A stretch of 63,969 nt of DNA, filler included, from Stramenopiles sp. TOSAG23-3 (Eukaryota), in NCBI GenBank assembly GCA_900128585.1. It is 5 parts of 5 records of this genome, joined end to end, with 100 filler letters (N's around TTAATTAATTAA, not from the genome) between each part and the next. Parts side by side here need not be neighbours in the genome. Positions count along the whole stretch, not along the records: positions 13,135 to 26,165 come from LT642649.1; positions 26,266 to 39,293 come from LT642650.1; 3 more parts are not named here. One strand, 5' to 3'. This document shows positions 21,201 through 31,507 of this stretch, piece after piece; the stretch's first letter is position 1; each line of letters starts with the position of its first letter. Position numbers and translations under genes: made by a program. The notes under the pieces were generated by a model. The model ran no database searches. It worked only from the letters and a program-made list of their open reading frames with translations, and was not told where the DNA came from.

Positions 21201-21995
21201 TTTCCGCCCAACGCACGAGCGGAGCTTCAGGGACGTCTCCCCGTCGAGGTTCGCAGTGTCTATGAACGCCGTCCCGACTTCTCGGGAGGACGCAAGCAGG
21301 ATGAGGTCCGCCGGGAATTCTTGGCCCTCCTCTACCAGGATCAAGTCCCCCACCCGGAGGTCCTGGCTGAGCACGTCCACCATCTCCACGTTATCCGGGT
21401 CCAGACGCTTGAGTTTCATATGGTTAATTTTTTCGTCCTCCAGCGCCCGCTGGCGGTCCTCCAGGCCCGCGCGGACGGCGGACACCGCCAAGATGACGAT
21501 CAGCGGCGCAATGGTCGTCGCCGGGGAAATAGGTGCGACCCCCGGGATAAGCATGAGGACCGTGATGACCAAAAAGTAAAAATTGGCAACCCTCATGAAC
21601 TGCTCCAGCAAGTTCAGCGGGAGAAAGTTCCAAAACGTGTACTTGCTGGTAACGTACTTGTTGGACGGCTTGTCCGCGTTGATCGAGCTGTCGGGCATGT
21701 TTATCTCTACGCAATACTCTACGCCCTCCTCCGAATACTGCCGGCGAAGGTCCGCCCGGTTGAGCGCCCCAGCGTCTACCATGTTCAGGGGGTTTATAAA
21801 GGTGATGACTTTGTTGAACTGGTCTTTCACATCGTTCGCAACGTCCTCGATAAAAGTCCCCATATCAGCCGTCAGCGTGTCCAGCCTTTGCCTTCCCGTG
21901 ATCGGCAGCGACCGGTCCGAGTCAAACGAAGAGCCTATCTCCAGCGGCTGTTTCTCTTCCTTGCTTTCGCCGGCCCCACCGCCTGCCTCCGCCAT
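18258..21995 (-). CDS. P4-type ATPase (phospholipid flippase)
   Basis: TSKYTFWNFLPLNLLEQF, TANLDGETSLK, EELGQIQYILSDKTGTLTEN, SPDE, KGADS, TAVEDKLQ, LTGDKQETA, GDGAND. Confidence 0.93.
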   Translation of the reverse strand: MAEAGGGAGESKEEKQPLEIGSSFDSDRSLPITGRQRLDTLTADMGTFIEDVANDVKDQFNKVITFINPLNMVDAGALNRADLRRQYSEEGVEYCVEINMPDSSINADKPSNKYVTSKYTFWNFLPLNLLEQFMRVANFYFLVITVLMLIPGVAPISPATTIAPLIVILAVSAVRAGLEDRQRALEDEKINHMKLKRLDPDNVEMVDVLSQDLRVGDLILVEEGQEFPADLILLASSREVGTAFIDTANLDGETSLKLRSCVGRKEWNVPHPEVLAIIRGRINCEQPNPAIDSFQGNFDTGYGNKVTMSQEQLLLRGAVLRNTKWVAGAVVYVGRDTKLSLNLEGASFKFSRVEILLNRCVMIIFGLQTIVCLIYSGLARGVDEEFAQAPYYFHLDDSYRDPVWAYIYDMFTWFILCSYLIPMNLYVLCEFAKYSMKFFIEWDENMVDWRDPKSPKGPRVNVSTVVEELGQIQYILSDKTGTLTENIMSLKGMSASGIMLDVPDEDAGILIQSERIRRVSREGRGVIPSESPKASVTDTTGEDYYGKEKELILLAMAVCSTATCGKTPGEYVGESPDEVALAKAARANGIEMTERGLGRCVISKAPREQWVGEYQVLAQLDFTSSRRRMDTLVRAPDGSIMLFCKGADSVMFDRTDVGSGPLEAETDRSTRHGRDLNALRTHLSWFSQRGFRTLVVSYSTIDEGMLSKWLVKWREAKAAVYDRSKREEEAFTELEQQTVIVGCTAVEDKLQEGVEETLVALRDAGIQIAMLTGDKQETAINIGYNTGLMRLNHTLLAQVNFSGKNASAENSNNRQDLMRGLLDKIEKTCGADSGEGAKGADIEAALVIDGNSTSICLSNEAEKQLLCRLMSVCKTAICNRMTPKQKAAMVRLLKNDFQRVSLAVGDGANDVSMIREANVGVGILGKEGLQAVNSADFALAQFKHLRRLILVHGRTAYIRVTSVMTAAFFANLAFNIPIVMYGFYSGFSGQTIFASTIMGSYNLVFTFLVQVHYVFFERDVSQETLLQYPEAYKRLSENGGLFNSWTFLKIFFLALWHAGLCFYVIVWSLESQAIQFGGHELNLFSLQMIWASATIIGVIVHTMLQYSLFTPLGALCIVLDIFLYCLLLYLTPIIWPNEMIMDDIACASLFHPGPLLTVLFIVVGSVFPVFAYQVLDRFWFTKPHHIVEELNFSGKPVTNSFRRPRLSSTDKGDDGEDFAKQLEAFDKIAAARASGDRAGSGSRNV

Positions 21996-23204
21996 CTCTT
22001 TCTCTCTCTCTCTCCCGCGCTGCTTGGTACACAATGAACTCAAAAAAAAAGGATTTAATCAAAAACAATAGAAGAATAAAATGAAATAACAAATGAAACA
22101 CACGCACCCACGCAGCAGCCCTTGCCCATTTTCTTTCATTTCATTACATTTCGTAGCTTATCTTACCTTCTTTCTGACAAAATAAAAAAACTATTAATAT
22201 TATATATTTATTATTTTTTTGCTTATAAAAATAGATCGATGATGCACCAACGAACCATCACTGTGCTGGTATAATAATAATTATTTTATTATTATCTCTT
22301 ATATCCTCCTACCTCCTACTATTAATTAATGGTACTACTCAAGCCTCTCTTCTTCTCTCCTCTTCTTCTTCTTCTTTCTTCTTCTTCTCCAGACTCCAGA
22401 CTGCGCCGACTTTTATTTAAATAATAACGATAATTAGATGCTGTATACCTATTAATTAATTAATTTAAAATATAATATTTTAGTGTATTTTTTCTTTTTT
22501 TCTTTTTGCTTTTTGCTTTTTGCTTTTTTCTTTTTTCTTTTTTCTTTTTTCTTCTTTTATTTAAAAAAAAGAAATATTAGGAATTCATAGTTATAAAGTA
22601 ATTAAGTAGAGTAAATGAATATTTACGTATCAAATGAGAAGTTTCTTATTGTTTTCTAAGTGAATACCTCATTGTATTATTCTATCAAAATAATGTATAG
22701 TAAATATAAAATAACTACAATATACACATTCCTGTATTCAATATCTTATTTAAGTACAAAATAGTATTTTTTAAATAGGAGATATATTATATATTATATA
22801 CCTGTATTATGTTGTTTATTATTTAAATTATAATAATTTAAAATTAATAAAATTAAAAAAATGGGTATATTTTTTTATTTATATTATTATTCCCAATTTT
22901 AATATCTCTCTATGATGTACCAGGTACCGGTACCAGGTACCAATAATATGAATGAAGAAAGAAGAAGAAAGAACAAACAACAAGAGAAACGACGACGATG
23001 ATGAATTAATATCACGCACACCTTCTTCTTCCACTTAATAAAATAAGACGCGCGATGTGTTGTGTCGCCAATGCAATTAATTATTATCAATAGAGAACGA
23101 AAACAAGAGACACCACCCAATACCACAGAAGAAATCAATACATCTTGATTTGTATATAAAAAAAAGCACCCGCGATTAAGACGACATTTTTATTAGTATA
23201 GTGC

Positions 23205-24074
23205 ATGGGTGCAAAAGGTGGAAAGCACGCGGGGGTGGGCGGCGGCGGCGACGGCAACAATGATAAAAAAATCTCTGGTAGTGGTGCACAGGAGTGCCCT
23301 ATATGCTTTGAAGACTGCATGGATGTGGAGGTCCTTCCTCATGTGGGTTCGAACAAGTTAACTCGGTCGATGTCTGGCCGGGACGTTAGTGAGCACAAGG
23401 CGTGCGGTACGTGCCGTGCGTCCATGCTGAAAGCAAACCAAAAATGCCCGTGGTGCCGGGACGAGGTCGTGTGGAAGCAGGTGCTAGATTTTTTGGACGG
23501 GTTGAAGAAAAACGTGGGAAAAGCAAACAACCCAGACTCTTTGGCCGACTTAATGGCCCAGTGGCAAATGTACGAAGTAACGAGGAGCAACTCAGACGTC
23601 GTTTTGTTCGCCCAAGATATGTGCCAGGACTTGGCCCTATCGTCGCACCTAGACCGGGCGATACGGAGCAACCCAGGATTTCTTCGCGACTCAAGCGGCC
23701 TCTGGATGCGGTTTCATGCGATGCTGAAGGAAGGTGAAATGAAGCTGTCCGACCTCGCGGTGGCAAGACGGTTAGAAAAAGCAGTAGAGGTAGGCTTAAA
23801 GTGCTATGAGTCGAATGGGGGAGGCGCTCCGCAGCATGGCGGGGCCATGTATTGCCAGGTATGCGTAGCATTACTCTGCGCGTCACAGAGCAACATGAAA
23901 ACCAGCGTCCTCGTTGAATACGTGAAACGGGTAGGGCACGTAACGGTGAAGTTCCACAAAGGGAAAAAGGCACAAGTTCGGGAAAAGTTACCAAGGGATT
24001 ATGCAGCAGGTGTTAGCGCTCTTGCGTGGGGCGGGGAGAAGAATGACCCCGTATTTAACTGTTTCTTCAAGTAA
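23205..24074 (+). CDS. RING-finger protein (putative E3 ligase), possible N-myristoylation
   Basis: CPICFEDC...HKACGTC...CPWCR; starts MGAKGGK. Confidence 0.65.
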   Translation: MGAKGGKHAGVGGGGDGNNDKKISGSGAQECPICFEDCMDVEVLPHVGSNKLTRSMSGRDVSEHKACGTCRASMLKANQKCPWCRDEVVWKQVLDFLDGLKKNVGKANNPDSLADLMAQWQMYEVTRSNSDVVLFAQDMCQDLALSSHLDRAIRSNPGFLRDSSGLWMRFHAMLKEGEMKLSDLAVARRLEKAVEVGLKCYESNGGGAPQHGGAMYCQVCVALLCASQSNMKTSVLVEYVKRVGHVTVKFHKGKKAQVREKLPRDYAAGVSALAWGGEKNDPVFNCFFK

Positions 24075-24648
24075 ATAATTGCAGGCAGAGAAACAGTTTT
24101 TTAGTGTTCGCCTGCGCTGGTGGTCTATTCTATCGAGTGAATGTACAGTGTAGAATCTTAAAAACAAACAAAACCTTATTCAATCTTAAAAAAAAAAAAC
24201 AAAAAAATGGCTGTTCTTTAAGTCGTAGAATCTTAAAAATAGAACACTGACTGTTAGCTTTCGAAATTTAAAAAACAAAAAAAACAAGTGCGGGTTAATC
24301 AATTAAAATAACACACACAAGGTATGGGTGTAAACTTTATGAAATCAAAATCACGTAAGATATGTTAAGATATTATGCATTTTTTTGTTTTTTTTTAATA
24401 AATTTAAATTTCAAACACGCTGTTTATTTTGTTTTTAATTTTAAATATACTTAAATAACAGCGCCAATTTTATGTTTTTAATTTTGGTACACAGAGTGCT
24501 GCATGTAAAGGCAAGAGGAACGTTTTTTTTTTTCAAATTAAGAATTGATTTTACACCAATTTGTTTTCAATTGTTTTTGCTGCTGCTGGCGACAACAATT
24601 TTGTTCATTCCGACACACCGATAGGGTATACAGGCTTTTACAGCAAAT

Positions 24649-25311
24649 TTACAGCACCACGCAAAGGGCCGACTTCTTTGTCTTCCGCCGCGCGTCGGCC
24701 ACCAGTTCCCATTCAATTACCGCTTCCAATATGTGCGCGCGCGTTATCCCATCTGATTTATCTAATTCACACACTTTGATCAGCATTTCCGCATCTGCTT
24801 CGGTTACCTCGACCTCAACTCTTCCTCGTTTCAGTTTGCCTTCTTTCTCTTTAAACTGCAGCAACTTCATTAATTCTTGCTTGTCCAAGACGCCGTCTTG
24901 TGGCATAACGTCGTACTTCGAAAATATTTTATCCAAGTAGGCTTTCTGTCTTAGGTAATAAAAGTACTTCGTTATGATCCCCACCAAGTCGCTCTTCGTG
25001 GCTGTTTTCACATCTGGTATATGCTTTTCCATAAATATTCCTACCGTCTCGCTTGCTTCGTCGTGGTTGTCCTCGCTTATTGCTTCGGCAGAGTCACCAT
25101 CGTCGTTCCTGTGCCCAGTACCATCGCCGGGATCAAGCCACATAAACAATGCCGTCAGTTCACCCGCATCCAGCTCTCTATTCTGGTCGGAATCAAACTT
25201 ATCAAACCAACGCCCTATTTTTTCTTCCTGTTCCTCTCTAGTTTGCTTGTTGATTTTCTCCCGTTCCTTCGCCAACCGCAAGAGCTCCTTCTTCTTATGT
25301 GATCGTATCAT
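24649..25311 (-). CDS. EF-hand protein with polybasic CaaX C-terminus
   Basis: FDKFDSDQNRELDAGEL, KYDVMPQDGVLDKQEL, ends RRKTKKSALCVVL. Confidence 0.7.
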   Translation of the reverse strand: MIRSHKKKELLRLAKEREKINKQTREEQEEKIGRWFDKFDSDQNRELDAGELTALFMWLDPGDGTGHRNDDGDSAEAISEDNHDEASETVGIFMEKHIPDVKTATKSDLVGIITKYFYYLRQKAYLDKIFSKYDVMPQDGVLDKQELMKLLQFKEKEGKLKRGRVEVEVTEADAEMLIKVCELDKSDGITRAHILEAVIEWELVADARRKTKKSALCVVL

Positions 25312-25725
25312 AGCGTTTCTTCTGCTTTCTTTATTAAAAAATCATAAAATCCTGATAGAAAGGCACTGAGAATCACCTGTTCTCTTTTAGATTATCGTTC
25401 GTGCGTGTAAATGGTTATCTTGAAAACCTCGCCTTTATTCTTGTTTCTTAATTAATAATTTCTGCTCGGGAGGGAGTATTTCTATCACTCAAACGTGTTG
25501 GTTGCTAACAACTAATAACTCTATTCTATATATTATAATAATAATTATATAGATAATTAATAATATATAAAGAAGAAGTAGTAGAAAAACTAATAATAAT
25601 GTCCAATTTAAATTATAATTATAGTAGGAGCAGAAAAGGGAAGAAACGTAACAAGAAGAAGAAGACGACAAAGAAGGAGTTGAGTTTGAGTTGGTGGAAT
25701 GAATGAATTGATGATATGGCTTTAA

Positions 25726-25754
25726 TTAGATTAGATTAGATTAGATTAGATTAG
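25726..25754 (+). repeat. (TTAGA)n short tandem repeat
   Basis: Direct observation. Confidence 0.8.
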
Positions 25755-25982
25755 TCAGCACGATTGACAATAGACAATTTATATAATAATACAACCACAA
25801 ACACAAAACACAAAACACCGATGAGAGCAGTGCCAATATAGACTCCGTATGAAATGTATTTATAAAATATCAGTTATAAAAACTCCCAAAGTCCCTAACC
25901 TAATTAAGTACCAAAGGGCAGTCTCTTTTTTAAATAGCACTAAAAAAGAGTGGTTGTTTTGTATATATATAGATTTAAGAAG

Positions 25983-26028
25983 AGCAATCGATATCGCAAT
26001 CGCAATCGTAATCGCAATCGCAATCGCA
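25983..26028 (+). repeat. (GCAATC)n short tandem repeat
   Basis: Direct observation. Confidence 0.8.
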
Positions 26029-26165
26029 GTGTCTGTTCTTTTTGTCATCGATTGATTGATCTTCTGTCATTTTTTTTCGAAAAAATAATGAAAATGACCT
26101 TCTTCTTGTTCTTTCTTCTTCCTTCTTCCTTCCTCTTCTTTCTTCTTCTTCTTCTTCTTCTTCTT

Positions 26166-26265
26166 NNNNNNNNNNNNNNNNNNNNNNNNNNNNNNNNNNN
26201 NNNNNNNNNTTAATTAATTAANNNNNNNNNNNNNNNNNNNNNNNNNNNNNNNNNNNNNNNNNNNN
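26166..26265. other. Artificial contig-joining spacer
   Basis: 44N-TTAATTAATTAA-44N. Confidence 0.95.
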
Positions 26266-26273
26266 AGCGGGAT

Positions 26274-28799
26274 ATGATGAACAAACCAGAGTGGTTGCAG
26301 CGGTATGAAGATCCTAACAACCTGACTATAGCAGAAAGAAAACAATGGCTCTTGTTTGAATTGATACCATTTTGCGGTGGGCCCGGCTCGGATCAGGCGG
26401 AGGCCATGGTGATTAAGATCCTGCAGTCAAAGCAGAAGCTGCCACGGCAGGCTCGCGATGCAAACGGCAGCACGCTGTTAATGGTTGCCGCCACCGCCCA
26501 AGCGGAGAGCATCGTCGCCGAGCTGCTTTCCCCGGAAATTGCTGCAATAATGGACCACGACGTGAACGCACAGAACGTTGTAGGCCAGACTGCATTGCAT
26601 ATTTCCTGCTGCTTAGATACGAGCTCATACGGAATTACCGAGTACCTTCTGAACGCTTCTGCCCACTACCACAAAGTCGATCTGGAAGGCTGCACGCCGC
26701 TCCACTACGCGGCCGCGGGGGGAGAAAGCTCCATCGTTGCACTGTTGCTGATGCACGGCGCGGGGGAAACGGTCGACGTGATCGACTGCAGGGGGTTTAC
26801 CGCACTGGACTACGCATGCAACATGAACCATAGTGAGAGTGTGCAATTGCTGTACGATATGGGTGCCACGTTTGAAGACGAAGGTGGAGAGACATTAGAC
26901 TCCAAAGGCGAGGAAAAGCGGTTTTGGAAAGAATTTTTAGACCCCAAGACAGGAAAATACTATTACCACAACTTGCTGTCGGGGACGACGCAATGGGACA
27001 AGCCCGATGTGCTCAAGAGCATCGCGGATATCACCGACGTTTCGGAGCAGATGCTTGAAAAGGAAGCTTCCAAAAAAGGCTTGAAGCGCAAGTCGACGGT
27101 GAAATCGTTTTCGAAAGACAAAGAGTTGGTCGATCGCTGGAGGCAGATTGCTTTTCGGGAGGGCTGCCGGCGTGTCGTACAAAAGGCGAGAAGGGAGCAG
27201 CAGCGACTTTCTTTGCAGCAGGCAAAAGCCCAGAAGCACTTGATTGCACAGGGCTCCAAGACGGCAGACTCGGTCAAAGAGAAGTTAAACATGACGCAGA
27301 AAGAGCTGGAAAAACTGAAGAAGAAGTTGGCCAAAAAGTCTGAAGAGGATGAGGTGATGACGTCGAAGCAAATGGCAGCGCTGAAAAACCAGTTAGAGGA
27401 TGAGCAGAAGAGGCGCGCCCTTGCAATGCAAGAACTTCAAAACATGGAAAAAAATATGAAACATGTGCAAGAGCAAAGTACGTGGACCCAAGAGGAGTTG
27501 AAGAAAGCGCGAGACCAGGCTCGGGAGCACCAAGAAAAAATGCAGCAGGCCAAGGCCACTGCAGATGCGGTGAAACGAATGCAATTCCAGAATGAAAAGT
27601 TGGCCAAACAGTTGCAAGAAGAGCAGAAGTTGCGAAGAAAATATTACAACGAGGTGGAAGACTTGAAAGGTAAAATCCGCGTTTTTTGCCGAATCCGGCC
27701 CCTTAGCAATTCAGAAAAGGAGCGAGAGTGCAAGATGGCAGTCCGATGCGAACCAGAAACTGGAAGCGACCTGTTGCTGACGCGCGATGATGGAAAGAAA
27801 AAACCATATTCATTCGACGTAGTGTTTGGCCCCAAGAGTAGCCAGAAACAGGTATTTGCCGACACGAAAAAGCTTGTGCAGAGTGCCGTCGACGGGTTTA
27901 ATGTTTGCATCTTTGCCTACGGTCAGACGGGGAGTGGGAAAACGTATACCTTGTCTGGGCCGACCGGCGACGTTGGCAAGTGGATGGATTGTAGTGCCCA
28001 GACCCTTCCAGAATCTGCCGGTATCCAGCCGAGGTCGATACACGAACTATTCCGCATTGCGAAACGGGACGAGCAGAAGTATAAAATGACATGCGACTGC
28101 TATTTGCTCGAGCTGTACCGAGACGGCCTTATCGATTTATTTGGAAACAGTGCAGCAGATGAGAAACTTAAGCTGAAGGTAAAGAAGAATGCGTCTGGTA
28201 TAGTCTATGTTGAGAATGCCGTGATAGAACGGGCGACGTCGGCAAAGCACATGCTTCAACTGCTGTCAGATGGAGTAGCAAAGCGCCATGTGGCGTCCAC
28301 AAAAATGAACCATGAAAGTAGCCGAAGCCATTTGATATTTAGCATAGTAATAAAATGTGTTTCAAAAACTGTCAATGGTGCTTCAGAAACGTTGGGAAAG
28401 TTGACCTTGGTAGATTTGGCCGGTTCAGAACGCCTTTCAAAGACGGGCGCAGAAGGGGACACCCTCAAGGAGGCCCTTGCCACCAACAAGAGTCTATCTG
28501 CCCTTGGAGACGTGATCAGTTGCTTGACGAGCGGGGCAAAACACATTCCGTACCGAAACCACACACTGACGGAATTAATGAGCGACAGTCTTGGGGGAAA
28601 TGCGAAAACCCTTATGTTTGTGAATGCATCCCCAGCGGATTACAACGCCCAGGAGACTGACAGCTCTCTGTTGTACGCGGGACGAGTCAAGACGGTGAAG
28701 AATAAGGCAAACAAAGGAGGTAGCGATAAAGAAGTGAAGAATCTCAAGCGACAGCTGGCTCTCATGAAAGCAAAGCTGGCAGAGCAGCAGAAAAACTAA
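26274..28799 (+). CDS. Kinesin-14 (KCBP-like C-terminal motor) with ankyrin repeats, WW domain and coiled coil; possibly 5'-truncated by contig start
   Basis: GQTALHI, GCTPLHYAA, GFTALDYA; WKEFLDPKTGKYYYHNLLSGTTQWDKP; LKGKIRVFCRIRP, AYGQTGSGKT, NHESSRSH, LVDLAGSER, HIPYRN. Confidence 0.92.
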   Translation: MMNKPEWLQRYEDPNNLTIAERKQWLLFELIPFCGGPGSDQAEAMVIKILQSKQKLPRQARDANGSTLLMVAATAQAESIVAELLSPEIAAIMDHDVNAQNVVGQTALHISCCLDTSSYGITEYLLNASAHYHKVDLEGCTPLHYAAAGGESSIVALLLMHGAGETVDVIDCRGFTALDYACNMNHSESVQLLYDMGATFEDEGGETLDSKGEEKRFWKEFLDPKTGKYYYHNLLSGTTQWDKPDVLKSIADITDVSEQMLEKEASKKGLKRKSTVKSFSKDKELVDRWRQIAFREGCRRVVQKARREQQRLSLQQAKAQKHLIAQGSKTADSVKEKLNMTQKELEKLKKKLAKKSEEDEVMTSKQMAALKNQLEDEQKRRALAMQELQNMEKNMKHVQEQSTWTQEELKKARDQAREHQEKMQQAKATADAVKRMQFQNEKLAKQLQEEQKLRRKYYNEVEDLKGKIRVFCRIRPLSNSEKERECKMAVRCEPETGSDLLLTRDDGKKKPYSFDVVFGPKSSQKQVFADTKKLVQSAVDGFNVCIFAYGQTGSGKTYTLSGPTGDVGKWMDCSAQTLPESAGIQPRSIHELFRIAKRDEQKYKMTCDCYLLELYRDGLIDLFGNSAADEKLKLKVKKNASGIVYVENAVIERATSAKHMLQLLSDGVAKRHVASTKMNHESSRSHLIFSIVIKCVSKTVNGASETLGKLTLVDLAGSERLSKTGAEGDTLKEALATNKSLSALGDVISCLTSGAKHIPYRNHTLTELMSDSLGGNAKTLMFVNASPADYNAQETDSSLLYAGRVKTVKNKANKGGSDKEVKNLKRQLALMKAKLAEQQKN

Positions 28800-29194
28800 A
28801 AAAACAAGATAATAATTTTAAAAATATTTTAATTATTATATATAATAAATTTAATTAAGAAATTAAAAAATCAAATTAAAAAATCGAGATAGGATTAGGG
28901 TTGGATTTGAAGTTAGTATTTGATTTAAAATGAGAGTCTTAAAANNNNNNNNNNNNNNNNNNNNNNNNNNNNNNNNNNNNNNNNNNNNNTTTAAAATAAT
29001 TAAACAGAGCCAATTTTCTTGTTTTTAAATTTTATAAACACATCCCGCTTTATAACAACAAATTGGCTGTTATTTTACATCTCTCTAGTTAAAAAATTTA
29101 TATCTTCGTCTTCATATACTGCCGAACTTATCTCTGCTCCTGAGATTTTACTAATCGTTTCTAATATTTTTGCTTTAAAAATAACCCTCTATAA

Positions 29195-30208
29195 TTATGC
29201 TTCATTAGGAGAACTGTAGGAAGCCAACCACTTTATCAACGTTTGGTTCCTGCTATGTTGAACGCAAGTAACAAACTCATCTTCTCCAAAAGCGCACTCT
29301 CCGATAACATCTTCAGGAATCATATCTCGAACAATTCGAAGGAGACTGGTTTGGATCTCGGAATCTAAAAACGTTTTGCGCACCGCAAATTCAAACTCGT
29401 AATATTGCAGAGAACCCTCGTTCCCAACCGAAGACGCTACGTCTTTCCAAAACAATCGTGCATTCTCTTTCGCGATTTTTTGATCCATTGGCTTTCCACG
29501 ATCTCTGCCACCCATAGAACTATTGGTGTTGCCGTCTACTGGGAGCGACGATGCAATTCGCTCCAACTTTTCGTTAATGAAGTCATCGATATTACCATCG
29601 TCTAAAAACTGCATGCTAACGGGGTCGGCCCAAAGTTGATCAATGCTAATATCATTCGATGCAAGTGACCCCACTTCTTTGTTGGCCAATCTAGTCATAA
29701 GCTCGTTCAGCATGGACAATAGCGTTTCGACTTTCAGTTCAGAACTTTTCAATGCATCCGTCTTTTTTACTAGCTCGCTTCGGGTCTGGCTGAGTTGCGC
29801 CTCCAAAGATTCAACTTGGCCCTGCGCATCGGCAAAATCCTCTTCCGCTTGCAATAAACTTTGCTCCATGTCACGGGGATGCCTATACATTCTACGCCGA
29901 GAATTTGGAGACAAATTAGGGCTTGCTTTCCTTGAGTTTTTCGCGACTTTTTTCCCAGGAGAGCCCCTCTTCTGCATCAACGCCACTTGTATTTTTTGTT
30001 CTAACTCTGCCTTTTTCTTATGCTCGTTCTTTATCCTTGTTTGGAAACTGCTAATTTGGGCCCGTTGTTTGCCCCCAGTGGGCGAATGTGGCGCTTTTAC
30101 ATGCAATGGTCGCATCGTCTGCAGCTCAGAAGGGTAATCCAGTATACTGCTTCCTGAGTTTCTAATACTGAGGGTTTCATTGTACAGCTGTGGCCCTGGG
30201 AATGACAT
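29195..30208 (-). CDS. Coiled-coil hypothetical protein
   Basis: Long open frame from ATG (MSFPGPQ), heptad-rich middle. Confidence 0.6.
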   Translation of the reverse strand: MSFPGPQLYNETLSIRNSGSSILDYPSELQTMRPLHVKAPHSPTGGKQRAQISSFQTRIKNEHKKKAELEQKIQVALMQKRGSPGKKVAKNSRKASPNLSPNSRRRMYRHPRDMEQSLLQAEEDFADAQGQVESLEAQLSQTRSELVKKTDALKSSELKVETLLSMLNELMTRLANKEVGSLASNDISIDQLWADPVSMQFLDDGNIDDFINEKLERIASSLPVDGNTNSSMGGRDRGKPMDQKIAKENARLFWKDVASSVGNEGSLQYYEFEFAVRKTFLDSEIQTSLLRIVRDMIPEDVIGECAFGEDEFVTCVQHSRNQTLIKWLASYSSPNEA

Positions 30209-31507
30209 GGTTTTCAGCACGTGGCTAACGGTGCTGGCCGAAAAATCTAGACCGGGATTCTATACACTAAACTATGGCGATTTCAGGTCCACAGCAAAAT
30301 GCAGCTTGATTTCTTATTTATTTAATAACATATAGCCGACCGACGAACGGGACATTGTACAGAAAAACTTTTGTTCTTTTTGCTATGCGAGCAGGGGTCC
30401 CTGTTGCGATTTTAGCGAGCTGCTGCTTTACTAATGATGGTGAGGGGATATATATTATAGGGAGGAAAGGATGGATGATTTGGGTGGGCAACTTATGCAC
30501 GACGTTTCTTTTTAAGTCCGTAGCATATATAATAATGATAGGGAACAAGTATAGAATAATACAAATATTTTTTCGTTTAAAAAACAGTAGTCGGTCTCTT
30601 CGAGAATTAAGGCATCTTAGTACGTTCGGGACTCCCATAAGAATCTATCACTTCTTATTTTAATAGCATTTACAATCTGCGATGCGACAAATTCTTATTC
30701 CTGTGCAGACAAGTGCCCTTAAAATATCACGTCTTCATTGTTGCGAGGTTAAGTGTGAGATGATATGAGAGCACAGCGGAGGGGAGAGAGAATCCGACGA
30801 AGTGGAACAAAGAAAACAGGAAAAAGGAGTATCGATCAAATAAGGGGGGGGGGGATACCGTAACTGTACCGCTACACGGTATTATAGATGATCGATAGTT
30901 AGGTATTTAATATTTCTAGCCCTACGACCTACGAGGAGCCCTTATAATAGCAATTTGGAATTTTAGCAGAAAAAGAGAAGAAGGCATTTTTTTAAAGCTT
31001 AAAGCTTATTTATTTATCTATCTGGCTGGGATGAATGAATCAAGTACCGGTATTGCACAATTAATACGAAGGTGTTTCAATCATTTGTTTGATAGAACCG
31101 ACTAATAATAGACAGACGACTACTACAGATTTCTTCTTTGTTTTTTTTTGTTCCATTGTTAGCTATAGAGATTGTATTTAATTTAAAGTAGAGGCAAAAG
31201 AGATCATCTCGTTCCTCCCTCCTCCTTCTTCTTCATCATCATCGTATCATCATCATCATTCTTCTATCTTTCTTCATCAACAAAAAAAAATTAAAAGAAA
31301 GAGAAAGAGAAAGAAGAATATTATTATTGTAATTATTAAATTAAAATTCAACACATCTATTTGCTGGTAACTCTTACTAAACGCTCAAAGTTGATTACTA
31401 CCGGTAACCTAACCTTTACATTATTTTCTTCGACCTCTTCCATTTTCGCAAAACACTGTTTCACGTTTAGATAACCCTCGAGGAGATATAGGTCTATCCT
31501 TTTTGCC

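Noticed and set aside
19341-22071. Many long overlapping ORFs within the P4-ATPase, and similar ones within CRAT and the 45787 gene
   Set aside because: High-GC coding regions lack off-frame stops; translations are low-information.
22020-22170. Possible 5'UTR introns (GTAAG at 22166 and GTAAGT near 35372, minus strand)
   Set aside because: No clear branch point and ambiguous acceptors; needs RNA data.
25726-25754. (TTAGA)n as telomeric repeat
   Set aside because: Only about six units, internal to a contig, and not G-rich.
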